Assembly (NCBI GenBank): GCA_040905865.1
Contig: JBBDQU010000083.1
Span: 1,539-65,538, forward strand
DNA: 64,000 nucleotides
Direction: 5' to 3'
Origin: Alphaproteobacteria bacterium
Lineage (GTDB): Bacteria; Pseudomonadota; Alphaproteobacteria; UBA8366; GCA-2717185
Position numbers and translations under genes: made by a program. Below are positions 16,367-24,770 of the stretch, piece by piece. Position 1 is the first letter of the stretch. Every line of letters begins with the position of its first letter. The notes below the pieces were generated by a model. It was not told where the DNA came from. It saw nothing but the letters and a program-made list of their open reading frames with translations, and searched no databases.

Positions 16367-17029
16367 TTGGACGCACTTTCGATCATCACACTGGCAATGG
16401 GGGCCGCCTGGGCCAGCGGGATCAACCTTTATGCGACTGTCCTGGTCCTGGGCCTGCTGGGCTCGACCGGTCTGGTCGACCTGCCCGCCGGGCTGGACCC
16501 GCTGAGCAGCCCCGTGGTTCTGGTCATTGCCGGTGCCGTCTACATTATCGAATTCTTTGCGGACAAGATTCCGGGCGTCGATAGCCTGTGGGACGGGGTG
16601 CATACCTTTATCCGCATTCCGGCCGGCGCCCTGATGGCCGCGGGCGCCACGGCCGGACTGGGCGAGGATTACATGGTGGCGCTGGCGCTGCTGGGGGGCG
16701 CCGCTGTCGCCGCCGGCAGCCACGCCACGAAGGCCGGCAGCCGTGCGGTGATCAATACCTCGCCCGAACCGTTCAGCAACTGGGCCGCGTCGATTTTCGA
16801 GGATGTCGCTGTTGTCGCCGGACTGTCGCTCGCGGTATTCCAGCCGACAGTGTTCCTCGGTTTCCTGTTCGTCTTCATTCTGATTGCCATGTGGCTCCTG
16901 CCGAAAATATGGCGCGGTATCCGGCAGATTTATCGCCGCTTCGCGGGTGCCGGCGCGGGCAGCGGAAATGACCTGCAGCCCGCATCGAAAGGGTTCACCC
17001 TGTCGCCCCTGAAACGCGACGGGGAATGA
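16367..17029 (+). CDS. DUF4126-family integral membrane protein
   Basis: The track ORF is 16250..17029. I prefer the TTG at 16367 (GGGGG lies 6 nt upstream), giving LDALSIITLAMGAAWASGINLYATVLVLGLLG... The protein has multiple TM helices and the motif ...IIEFFADKIPGVDSLWD... Confidence 0.75.
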   Translation: MDALSIITLAMGAAWASGINLYATVLVLGLLGSTGLVDLPAGLDPLSSPVVLVIAGAVYIIEFFADKIPGVDSLWDGVHTFIRIPAGALMAAGATAGLGEDYMVALALLGGAAVAAGSHATKAGSRAVINTSPEPFSNWAASIFEDVAVVAGLSLAVFQPTVFLGFLFVFILIAMWLLPKIWRGIRQIYRRFAGAGAGSGNDLQPASKGFTLSPLKRDGE

Positions 17030-17038
17030 GCGCCCGGT

Positions 17039-19051
17039 TTGGCAAAGACACCGAAAAAGAAACCTGCGAAATCTGCGAAAACGAAGCAGAAAGCACCGCC
17101 GGTTCGCAAGCGTTCCCTGATGCGCCGCCTTGCCAGCCTGCTGGCGACCGCGTTCATTTCGCTTGGCGTCATCTGGGCGGCGCTGTTCCTGCTCATGGCG
17201 CCGGAAATGCCCGAAACCGCCGATCTGTGGCGGGTCAAGCAAAGCCCCGGCATCACCGTGCTGGCCGCCGATGGCGGCGTCCTGGAACAGCGTGGCGCGT
17301 TCAACGGGGTGCTGATCGACGTCTCCCAGATGCCGCCCCACCTGCCGCGCGCGGTGATCGCGACGGAAGACCGGCGCTTTTACCATCATTTCGGCATGGA
17401 TATCATCGGCTTCGGCCGCGCGATGCTGGCCAATTTCCAAGCCGGCCGGGTTGTCCAGGGCGGCAGCACGATCTCACAGCAACTGGCCAAGAACCTGTTC
17501 CTGACGCCCGACCGAACGGTGCTGCGCAAGATTCGCGAACTGATGCTGTCGCTGTGGCTCGAGGCGCGGCTGACCAAGGACGATATCCTGACCCTGTATC
17601 TTAACCGGGTTTACCTGGGGGCGGGCGCCTATGGCGTCGAAGCCGCGGCGCAGCGGTATTTCGGTAAATCCGCCCGTCAGGTGAACCTGCAGGAAGCGGC
17701 GATGCTGGCCGGACTGCTGAAGGCGCCGTCGCGCTATGCGCCCACCAACGACCTGAAACTGTCGCGCGACCGCGCGGCGCAGGTGCTGCAGAACATGGTT
17801 GCTGCCGGCTATATCGACGAGAAACAGGCGGCCGCGGCGCGCAAGGCGCCGGCCCGGCTGATGGAGCAGTCCCGCACGGCCAGTTCCCGCTATTTCGTCG
17901 ACTGGGTGGAGGAACGGCTGCCGCTCCTCATCGGCAATCGCGATGAAGACCTCATCGTGCTGTCGACCTTCGATCCCAGGCTGCAACGCCTGGCGGAAGC
18001 ATCCGTGAACCGTTTGCTGGCGAAGGAAGGCAAGCGACGGGGCGTGGGGCAGGGCGCCGTGGTCATGCTGGGCCATCGCGGCGCGGTGCGGGTCATGGTC
18101 GGCGGCCAGTCCTATGCGGGCAGCCAGTTCAATCGCGCGGTTCAGGCGCAGCGCCAGCCCGGTTCCGCCTTCAAGCCATTTGTCTATCTGGCCGGACTGG
18201 AAGCCGGGTTGCGGCCGGATACGGTCCTGCGCGATTCGCCGGTCACGGTGGACGGCTGGACCCCGGGTAATTTCTCTAACAAATATCTGGGGGATATCAC
18301 GCTGCGCGACGCGCTGGCCAGGTCGGTCAACACGGTCACGGTGAAGGTCGCCAGCAAGGCCGGCCGGAACAGGGTCGTCGATACCGCGCGGCGGCTCGGC
18401 ATTACCTCGCCGATAACGCCGCATGCGTCGAGTTCCCTGGGTGTGTCGGAGGTCAGCCTGCTGGAGTTGACCTCGGCATATGCGCCCTTTGCCAATGGCG
18501 GCCAGGCAATCGTGCCGCATGGCATCCTGGAGGTGCGGACCCGCGACGGTTCGGTCATTTACCGCCGTGATGATACGGATCTGGGGCATGTCATCGCGCC
18601 GGCCTATCTGGACGCCATGAACGGGATGCTGCGGGAGGTCGTGACGCGGGGCACCGGCCGCGCCGCGGCGCTGGCCGATCGCCCCGTCGCGGGCAAGACC
18701 GGCACCAGCCAGAATCACCGCGACGCCTGGTTTGTCGGCTATTCGGCGGATTTCGTCACCGGCGTCTGGCTCGGTAACGACAACGATTCGCCGACAAAGC
18801 GCGTGACCGGCGGGCAGCTGCCCGCGGCGCTGTGGCAGGATATCATGGCGCAGGCATCGAAAGGCCTGCCGGCGCGGCCGATACCGACTGCCCCGGCGGC
18901 AATTGCCCGAACGCAGCGCCCGGCGGCGCCCGCGCCCGCCGGAGAAGGGCTGACTATAAAACGCTTCGTTGAAGGCATCGCCGGCATACTGGCGAACCTG
19001 CCGTACAAGCCATTGCCGCCGGAAGACTTTATCAATCCGGATTCTGATTAG
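17039..19051 (+). CDS. class A penicillin-binding protein (glycosyltransferase + transpeptidase)
   Basis: 670 aa with a Lys-rich tail and one TM helix. GT51 motifs: RAVIATEDRRFYHHFG, GGSTISQQLAKN, RKIRELMLSLWLE. Transpeptidase motifs: SAFKPFVY (SxxK), SVN, KTGTS. Confidence 0.93.
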   Translation: MAKTPKKKPAKSAKTKQKAPPVRKRSLMRRLASLLATAFISLGVIWAALFLLMAPEMPETADLWRVKQSPGITVLAADGGVLEQRGAFNGVLIDVSQMPPHLPRAVIATEDRRFYHHFGMDIIGFGRAMLANFQAGRVVQGGSTISQQLAKNLFLTPDRTVLRKIRELMLSLWLEARLTKDDILTLYLNRVYLGAGAYGVEAAAQRYFGKSARQVNLQEAAMLAGLLKAPSRYAPTNDLKLSRDRAAQVLQNMVAAGYIDEKQAAAARKAPARLMEQSRTASSRYFVDWVEERLPLLIGNRDEDLIVLSTFDPRLQRLAEASVNRLLAKEGKRRGVGQGAVVMLGHRGAVRVMVGGQSYAGSQFNRAVQAQRQPGSAFKPFVYLAGLEAGLRPDTVLRDSPVTVDGWTPGNFSNKYLGDITLRDALARSVNTVTVKVASKAGRNRVVDTARRLGITSPITPHASSSLGVSEVSLLELTSAYAPFANGGQAIVPHGILEVRTRDGSVIYRRDDTDLGHVIAPAYLDAMNGMLREVVTRGTGRAAALADRPVAGKTGTSQNHRDAWFVGYSADFVTGVWLGNDNDSPTKRVTGGQLPAALWQDIMAQASKGLPARPIPTAPAAIARTQRPAAPAPAGEGLTIKRFVEGIAGILANLPYKPLPPEDFINPDSD

Positions 19052-19078
19052 ATCGGGTTTCGATCATGATCTGATCTA
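19049..19078. repeat. 30-bp minimal copy of the palindromic element (copy E)
   Basis: tagatcgggtttcgatcatgatctgatcta retains both termini only. TAG 19049-19051 is the PBP stop. CTA 19076-19078 is the stop (TAG on minus) of the convergent 85-aa gene. Confidence 0.65.
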
Positions 19079-19333
19079 GCGGCTGCCGCGCATATACCGC
19101 CAGATATAGACGATCAGCCAGATCGGAATGACGACAACCGCGCCGAGCAGGACATAGGTGAAGGCCCAGCCGAACAGGTCCACGCCCATATCGAACAGCT
19201 TTATCGCGCCATCGCGCATGGAAACCAGGATATTCTGCGGGTCGATATTGAGCCCTGCCAGAATCAGCCCGACGACGAGGGACAGTACCAGCAGCCTGAT
19301 GACGGTACCCCCGGTGATTCGCGGCATTGCCAT
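19076..19333 (-). CDS. small two-TM membrane protein, unknown function
   Basis: 85 aa: MAMPRITGGTVIRLLVLSLVVGLILAGLNIDP...FGWAFTYVLLGAVVVIPIWLIVYIWRYM. It has two clear hydrophobic helices and normal codon bias. Confidence 0.65.
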   Translation of the reverse strand: MAMPRITGGTVIRLLVLSLVVGLILAGLNIDPQNILVSMRDGAIKLFDMGVDLFGWAFTYVLLGAVVVIPIWLIVYIWRYMRGSR

Positions 19334-19345
19334 ATTCCGGTCCGG

Positions 19346-19537
19346 TTAGTGGGAAGCCTTCAGCGCGTCTATCTTCCTGTCCGTATTGTACTGGCTGAGC
19401 GAATAGACCGCCCAGATCGCCGCGGGAATCCAGCCGATCACGGTCAGCTGGAGGATGAGGCAGATGATCCCGGCAAGGGGCCGTCCGATGGTGAAAAACA
19501 GCAGCCATGGCAGCACCAGTGCAATAAGAATCCGCAT
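19346..19537 (-). CDS. small membrane protein, YqaE/Pmp3-like
   Basis: 63 aa: MRILIALVLPWLLFFTIGRPLAGIICLILQLTVIGWIPAAIWAVYSL... It forms a two-helix hairpin resembling UPF0057 proteolipids. Confidence 0.55.
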   Translation of the reverse strand: MRILIALVLPWLLFFTIGRPLAGIICLILQLTVIGWIPAAIWAVYSLSQYNTDRKIDALKASH

Positions 19538-19626
19538 GAAGTTTCCTCTGTTTCAGCGTCGTTATTATGGCAATCTGCCATAATGTGACAGCGAAGTGAA
19601 ACACCGAAGCGCAGGGGGGGGGTCGA

Positions 19627-20442
19627 ATGGAGGTGGATATCGAATCGCTGACCGGGCTGATCGAGAAGGGTATGGAATTCGCTATCGCCTACGGGTTCCG
19701 GATCCTCGGCGCTCTGGTCGTCCTCGCGGTCGGGCTCATTGTTTCGAACTGGCTCGCGGGGCGGGTCCTGCGGCTGTGCGAACGCAAGGCGATGGACATT
19801 ACTTTTTCCCGTTTCATCGCCAATCTGGTCCGCATTGTCCTGATTGTCTTCACGATCATCATCACGCTGGGCAATTTCGGCATCACCATCGCCCCGTTCA
19901 TCGCATTGGCGGGTGCGGGCGCCTTCGGCGCAACCCTGGCGCTGCAGGGATTGCTGTCCAATTACGCCGCCGGACTCGCGATCATCGTTACCCGCCCCTT
20001 CGTTGTCGGTAATACCATCGCCGTGAAGGGCGTCAGCGGCGTTGTCGAGGAAGTGAAAATGGCCGCGACCTATCTGCGGGGCGAGGACGGTGAACGCATC
20101 ACCATTCCGAACAAGGAAATCGTCGGGGAAATCCTGGTCAATTCAGACGCCAATCGCATCGTCGAATCGGTCATTTATGTGGACATCGACGCGGACACAA
20201 GCCGGGCGACGGACATCATCCGCCGTGTCATCGCGGAGCATGTGACGATGATCAATGCGTCGGCGCCGCAGGTCGGTATTCACGATTTCGATTATGGCGC
20301 CATCGCGCTCGGCCTGCGCTACTGGGTGCCGAGCAAGACCTATTTCCAGAACCGCTACGCGGTAAACGGCGCCATAAAACAGGCGCTGGAGGCGGCCGGG
20401 ATCAAGCTGCTGGTCCCGGCGTTTCCCGCCCGACCCCGCTAG
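19627..20442 (+). CDS. small-conductance mechanosensitive channel (MscS family)
   Basis: 271 aa. Three N-terminal TM helices are followed by the beta-domain ...RPFVVGNTIAVKGVSGVVEEVKMAATYLRGEDGERITIPNKEIVGE... Confidence 0.9.
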   Translation: MEVDIESLTGLIEKGMEFAIAYGFRILGALVVLAVGLIVSNWLAGRVLRLCERKAMDITFSRFIANLVRIVLIVFTIIITLGNFGITIAPFIALAGAGAFGATLALQGLLSNYAAGLAIIVTRPFVVGNTIAVKGVSGVVEEVKMAATYLRGEDGERITIPNKEIVGEILVNSDANRIVESVIYVDIDADTSRATDIIRRVIAEHVTMINASAPQVGIHDFDYGAIALGLRYWVPSKTYFQNRYAVNGAIKQALEAAGIKLLVPAFPARPR

Positions 20443-20495
20443 ATCAGATCACGGTTGGTCGGAATCACCTCTGGCGATCCAACCAACCATGTGAA
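20440..20495 (+). repeat. palindromic element copy B, truncated at its right end
   Basis: tagatcagatcacggttggtcggaatcacctctggcgatccaaccaaccatgtgaa, then unrelated sequence (ggttcttcc) where ...tctgatcta is expected. Its TAG is the MscS stop codon. Confidence 0.8.
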
Positions 20496-21386
20496 GGTTC
20501 TTCCGTAACGGGCGTTCGTTTGTCAATCCCTCGCAACAACGATCTTCTCACCGGGCTCTCTCTTCTGTCCGCAGTCGACACAATGGTCGCTGCATGATGG
20601 GGTTGGAAGAACCGGGCCGCCCAATCTATTTTAAACGTGCCTGGCTGTGCTGGCCGCACTTAGCACCTTCCCGATCTGACCCGATCCCGCGTCCCGGTGA
20701 AGGGGCCCTGTTTTCCGGGGGCGAACGTCCCGGAAAATCCTTGTTTGCTCCTTTTTTATCTATCCTCCCGCACGGTCATGCCGGCGCGTCGTTTTGCCCA
20801 CCTTCAGCCCGAAACCCCGAAGGATGCCCCGGATACTCATCTCAACATCGTGCCGCTTCACCTGCGGCAGCTTGCGCGCCGCCAGAAGCGCGCGCGTCTC
20901 CTGCGACTTGCAGTGCACCGGACGGAACCAGCCAAGACGCAACAACTGCGCGATACCCCGCGCATCCTTGCGGCCCGTCTTCACCGGCATCGTCTTGAAA
21001 GCCGTGCGAACAGGGCGCGTCTCCAGCAACACAACCGCGAAACCGGCGTCCCGGAGCCCCGCATAAAGCCATTGCGACAACGGACCCGCTTCCAGTCCAA
21101 CGCGAACCACCGAACCCTCAAGGCCGGAAAGCCAGGCGATCAGCGGTTCCGGATCACTAAAAACCTTGCCTTCCTGCAAAACCGCACCCGATCCGTCAAC
21201 AACACATATACTTGATGCTTCCAGCGAGACGTCTATTCCGACATAATTCTCCATGGTCATCCCTCCCTGGATGCTTGGGGCAGGCCCAATGCCTGACTCC
21301 GTTCAACATCATCATTGTGAGGGATGACCACTACGATACTCAAACCTGGCCAGAAGCCCGTTACACCATCTATATCTTCAACAAGA
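20496..21386 (-). mobile_element. degraded IS110-family insertion sequence
   Basis: It contains only the N-terminal DEDD-type transposase half (20760..21260) plus a possible frameshifted trace of the C-terminal domain (20465..20659 frame). It is bounded by repeat copies B and C. The extent is approximate. Confidence 0.6.
20760..21260 (-). pseudogene. IS110-family transposase, N-terminal fragment
   Basis: 166 aa: MTMENYVGIDVSLEASSICVVDGSGAVLQEGKVFSDPEPLIAWL...VGLEAGPLSQWLYAGL...KTGRKDARGIAQL... This is the DEDD_Tnp_IS110 signature. Full-length enzymes are roughly twice as long, and the Transposase_20 domain is missing. Confidence 0.8.
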
Positions 21387-21450
21387 TAGATCAGATTCAC
21401 GTGTTTGTTGGATCGCCAGAGGTGATTCCAAAAAACCATGATCTGATCTA
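21387..21450 (-). repeat. palindromic element copy C (complete, inverted orientation)
   Basis: tagatcagattcacgtgtttgttggatcgccagaggtgattccaaaaaaccatgatctgatcta. Its reverse complement aligns over the full length with copies A and B. Confidence 0.85.
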
Positions 21451-21489
21451 CCCGCCGAATAGGACGGGTTTCCGGGAAGGTGGAATGCC

Positions 21490-22743
21490 GTGCCGTCAGA
21501 CGAAATCCTCATAGCGCCGGAATGGGAGGCCGACGGTGCGCGGGTCCAGGCGCTGAGCGACTGGCTGGTGCAACAGGGGCTGCGCGGTTCGCCGCTGGAG
21601 GATGTTCTTGAGGGGTTCTGCAAAGGTCTGTGCGGCCTCGGCATCCCGCTGTGGCGCTGCTTTATATCCATGCGCACGCTGCATCCCAGCTTCACTTCCA
21701 TATCGTTCCGCTGGCGCATCGACGAGGGCGTGGTGCGCGAAGCCATCGCCTACTCGCTGCTGGAGACCGATGACTGGATTCAAAGCCCGTTCCACCACAT
21801 GCTGGAAACCGACAGCTACACGTTGCGGCGGTCCCTGGCAGGTCCCGATGCCGTGATCGATTTTCCGGTTCTTGGAACTTTTCGCGATCAGGGCGCGACG
21901 GATTATGTCGCCCGGATCCTGCCGTTCGGCGATGAAGGCGTCATTGACGGTCGGACCGGGCTGGCTATTTCCTGGGCGACAACCCGGGCGGGCGGCTTCT
22001 TCGATGTGGAAATCGCGGTCATGGATCGCCTTCTGGCGCGTCTCGCGCTGACCGTGAAGACGATCCTTGGCACCGAAATCACCCGCAACGTTGCCGACAC
22101 CTATATCGGACGGGATGCCGGAACGCGCATCCTGCGCGGGGAAATCCGGCGCGGCGTCGTCGATGTCATCCATGCGGTGGTCTTCTTCGCCGACCTGCGC
22201 GGCTTCACGGCGCTGACCGACACCCTGCCGCGCGACGAACTGGTGCCCATGCTCGACGATTATCTGGATTGCATGGCCAGCCCCATCGTCTCCCATGGTG
22301 GGGAAGTCCTGAAATATCTGGGTGACGGGTTGCTGGCGACCTTCGATCTGTCCGCGACGGGGCGGGATTCGATCTGCCGGGTATCGCTGGATGCGGCTGT
22401 CGAGGCGCTGCAATGGACCGAGACTCTGAATACGGCCCGGCGTGCGGAAGGCAAGCCAACGACGCAACTCGATATCGCGCTGCATCTCGGCGATGTACTT
22501 TACGGTAATGTGGGGGCCAAGGATCGCCTCGACTTCACCGTTATCGGCCCCGCGGTAAACGAGGCAAGCCGAATCGAGAGTCTGTGCGACTCCCTTGACC
22601 GGCACCTTCTGGTCTCCGAAAGTTTCGCGCGCGCGGCGACGCAGTGCACCAGGCGTCTTGTTTCGGTGGGATGGCATCGGTTGCGGGGAATTGACCGGGC
22701 GCAGGAAATTTTCTCGCTCAACCTGCCAGAAGCGGTAGCATAG
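21490..22743 (+). CDS. class III adenylate/guanylate cyclase with ~200-aa N-terminal domain of unknown function
   Basis: 417 aa. Cyclase motifs: VVFFADLRGFTALTD, LKYLGDGLLATF, LHLGDVLYGNVGAKDRLDFTVIGPAVNEASRIE. Confidence 0.9.
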   Translation: MPSDEILIAPEWEADGARVQALSDWLVQQGLRGSPLEDVLEGFCKGLCGLGIPLWRCFISMRTLHPSFTSISFRWRIDEGVVREAIAYSLLETDDWIQSPFHHMLETDSYTLRRSLAGPDAVIDFPVLGTFRDQGATDYVARILPFGDEGVIDGRTGLAISWATTRAGGFFDVEIAVMDRLLARLALTVKTILGTEITRNVADTYIGRDAGTRILRGEIRRGVVDVIHAVVFFADLRGFTALTDTLPRDELVPMLDDYLDCMASPIVSHGGEVLKYLGDGLLATFDLSATGRDSICRVSLDAAVEALQWTETLNTARRAEGKPTTQLDIALHLGDVLYGNVGAKDRLDFTVIGPAVNEASRIESLCDSLDRHLLVSESFARAATQCTRRLVSVGWHRLRGIDRAQEIFSLNLPEAVA

Positions 22744-22786
22744 GCACCGGGACACCCTTGTAAGCAACAGGCTGGAGTATCGTATC

Positions 22787-23785
22787 GTGAGTATTGCCAA
22801 TCCCTATCTCATGTTCCTCGGCGATGCGCCGGATCAGCTCGCGGCGAAAACGGCCGACGGCGTTGCCAAATGGCGCCCCGAATGGTGCCTGGGGCAGTTG
22901 CGGCTGGAAGGCTGCAAGGCGGATATCGGGCTGACCGACATGACGCTGGAAGAGGCAGCGGCGGCCGGCGCCAGGACCCTGATCGTCGGGGTGGCCAATC
23001 AGGGCGGCTTCCTGCCGGAAAGCTGGGTTGCGACGCTGGAACGCGCGCTCGACCTCGGCATGGATATCGCCAGCGGGCTGCATATGCGCCTGACCGATTT
23101 GCCGGGGCTCGGCGCGAAGGCCTCGGCGCTGGGCCGCACCCTGTATGATGCACGCCATCCGACCCGCGAATTCAGCGTCGGCAAGGGAAAGAAGCGATCC
23201 GGCAAACGGCTGCTTACCGTCGGCACGGATGTATCGGTCGGCAAGATGTTCACCTCGCTTGCCATCGAAAAGGAAATGCGGGCGCGCGGCATGAAGGCGG
23301 ATTTCCGTGCGACCGGGCAGACCGGCATCTTCATCGCCGGGACGGGTGTATCGGTCGACGCGGTCGTCGCCGATTTCATTTCCGGCGCCGCGGAGTGGCT
23401 GTCGCCGGATAACGATGCGGATCACTGGGATATCGTCGAAGGGCAGGGCTCGCTGTTCCATGTCTCCTATGCCGGGGTGACGCTGGGCCTGCTGCATGGG
23501 TCGCAGCCGGATGTCGTCGTGCTGTGCCACGAACCGACACGCCCGCATATGCGCGGCACGCCGCAGATTCCGATGCCGGACCTGCAGGCGGTCATCGACG
23601 CCAATATTACCGCCGGCCGGCTGACCAATCCGGATATCCGCTGCATCGGCGTCTCGATGAATACCTTCGGATTGCCGGTCGATGCGGCGGACGCGCTGCT
23701 GCGGGAAACCGAGGCCAGGCTCGGCCTCCCCTGTGTCGATGCTTTCCGGCAGGGCGCCGGACGGCTGGTCGATGCGCTGGACTGA
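22787..23785 (+). CDS. dgcN: DUF1611-family protein (DgcN-type N-acetyltransferase)
   Basis: 332 aa. It contains ...KRLLTVGTDVSVGKMFTSLAIEKEMRARG... and ...DIVEGQGSLFHVSYAGVTLGLLHGSQPD... The next gene is an enolase-superfamily epimerase 3 nt downstream, the characteristic DgcN/DgcA pairing. Confidence 0.75.
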   Translation: MSIANPYLMFLGDAPDQLAAKTADGVAKWRPEWCLGQLRLEGCKADIGLTDMTLEEAAAAGARTLIVGVANQGGFLPESWVATLERALDLGMDIASGLHMRLTDLPGLGAKASALGRTLYDARHPTREFSVGKGKKRSGKRLLTVGTDVSVGKMFTSLAIEKEMRARGMKADFRATGQTGIFIAGTGVSVDAVVADFISGAAEWLSPDNDADHWDIVEGQGSLFHVSYAGVTLGLLHGSQPDVVVLCHEPTRPHMRGTPQIPMPDLQAVIDANITAGRLTNPDIRCIGVSMNTFGLPVDAADALLRETEARLGLPCVDAFRQGAGRLVDALD

Positions 23786-23788
23786 ACG

Positions 23789-24769
23789 ATGCGCCGCCTG
23801 ACAATTCGCCATGAATCCTGGCCGCTGGCCAGGGCGCTGACCATTTCGCGCGGCAGCCGGGCCAGTGCGGAAGTCGTCGTGGTGGAAATCGTCGACGGCG
23901 ATGTCACCGGACGGGGCGAATGCATGCCCTACGCGCATTACGGCGAAACGGTCGAGGGGGTTATTGCCGAAATCGAGGCGCTGCGGGAATACCTGGAAGG
24001 CGACCTGAATATCATGACGCTGCAGGTCGCGATGGCGCCGGGTGCGGCCCGCAATGCGGTTGACTGCGCGCTGTGGGACCTGACCGCGAAACAGGCGGGA
24101 AAGCCGGCCTGGGCGCTGGCCCGGCTGGACGCGCCGCAGCCGCTGGTCACCGCCTATACGCTGGGGGTCGATACGCCCGACGCCATGGCCGCGGCGGCGC
24201 GGGAAATCGCCTGGCGACCGCTGATCAAGCTGAAGGTGACCGGCGAAGGCGATATCGACAGGATCGCGGCGGTGCGCGCGGCGGCGCCGCAATCACGGCT
24301 GATCGTCGACGCCAATGAGGGCTGGACCTCCGATATGGTCGAACCGTTCAGTACCGAACTGGCGAAACTGGACGTTGTGCTGATCGAACAGCCGCTGCCG
24401 GCGCATGCGGATGGCGCGCTGGCGGACATGCCGCATCCGGTGCCGATCTGCGCCGATGAGTCCTGCCATTCGCGCGACGGGCTGGAAGAACTGGCCGGCC
24501 TGTATGACATGGTCAATATCAAGCTGGACAAGACCGGCGGGCTGACCGAGGCGCTGGCGCTGCGGGCGGCGGCGCGCGAACTGGGGCTTGGCGTGATGGT
24601 CGGCTGCATGGTCGCGACATCGCTGGCCATGGCGCCGGCCGTTCTGGTCGGGCAGGGGGCGGAAGTCATCGATCTCGACGGCCCGCTGTTGCTGGCTAAG
24701 GACAGGCCGGGCGGTCTGGTTTATGACGGCAGCACTGTGATGCCGCCCGATCCGGCGTTATGGGGTTAG
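23789..24769 (+). CDS. dgcA: enolase-superfamily dipeptide / N-acyl-amino-acid epimerase (DgcA-type racemase)
   Basis: 326 aa. It contains ...PLIKLKVTGEG..., ...LIVDANEGWT..., ...VLIEQPLP..., ...ICADESC... and ...VNIKLDKTGGLTEA... Confidence 0.8.
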   Translation: MRRLTIRHESWPLARALTISRGSRASAEVVVVEIVDGDVTGRGECMPYAHYGETVEGVIAEIEALREYLEGDLNIMTLQVAMAPGAARNAVDCALWDLTAKQAGKPAWALARLDAPQPLVTAYTLGVDTPDAMAAAAREIAWRPLIKLKVTGEGDIDRIAAVRAAAPQSRLIVDANEGWTSDMVEPFSTELAKLDVVLIEQPLPAHADGALADMPHPVPICADESCHSRDGLEELAGLYDMVNIKLDKTGGLTEALALRAAARELGLGVMVGCMVATSLAMAPAVLVGQGAEVIDLDGPLLLAKDRPGGLVYDGSTVMPPDPALWG

Positions 24770-24770
24770 G

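Noticed and set aside
13725-18718. Long antisense ORFs 13725..14708, 15672..16376, 16304..17440 and 17474..18718.
   Set aside because: They lie opposite the Lon-like protease, DUF4126 and PBP genes. They are low-complexity and Arg-rich, and they are typical of third-position GC bias leaving the antisense frame open.
21490-22743. Idea that the class III cyclase next to the IS remnant is a Pycsar/CBASS-like signal generator, with the cNMP-domain protein at 48284..50674 as its effector.
   Set aside because: The two genes are more than 25 kb apart. The cyclase has no adjacent effector; its neighbours are a repeat copy and dgcN. Its architecture is the common rhizobial-type cyclase. There is no support for a defence operon.
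22718-24292. 524-aa minus-strand ORF across dgcN/dgcA.
   Set aside because: This is a shadow ORF. The plus strand carries the DUF1611 and enolase-superfamily motifs.
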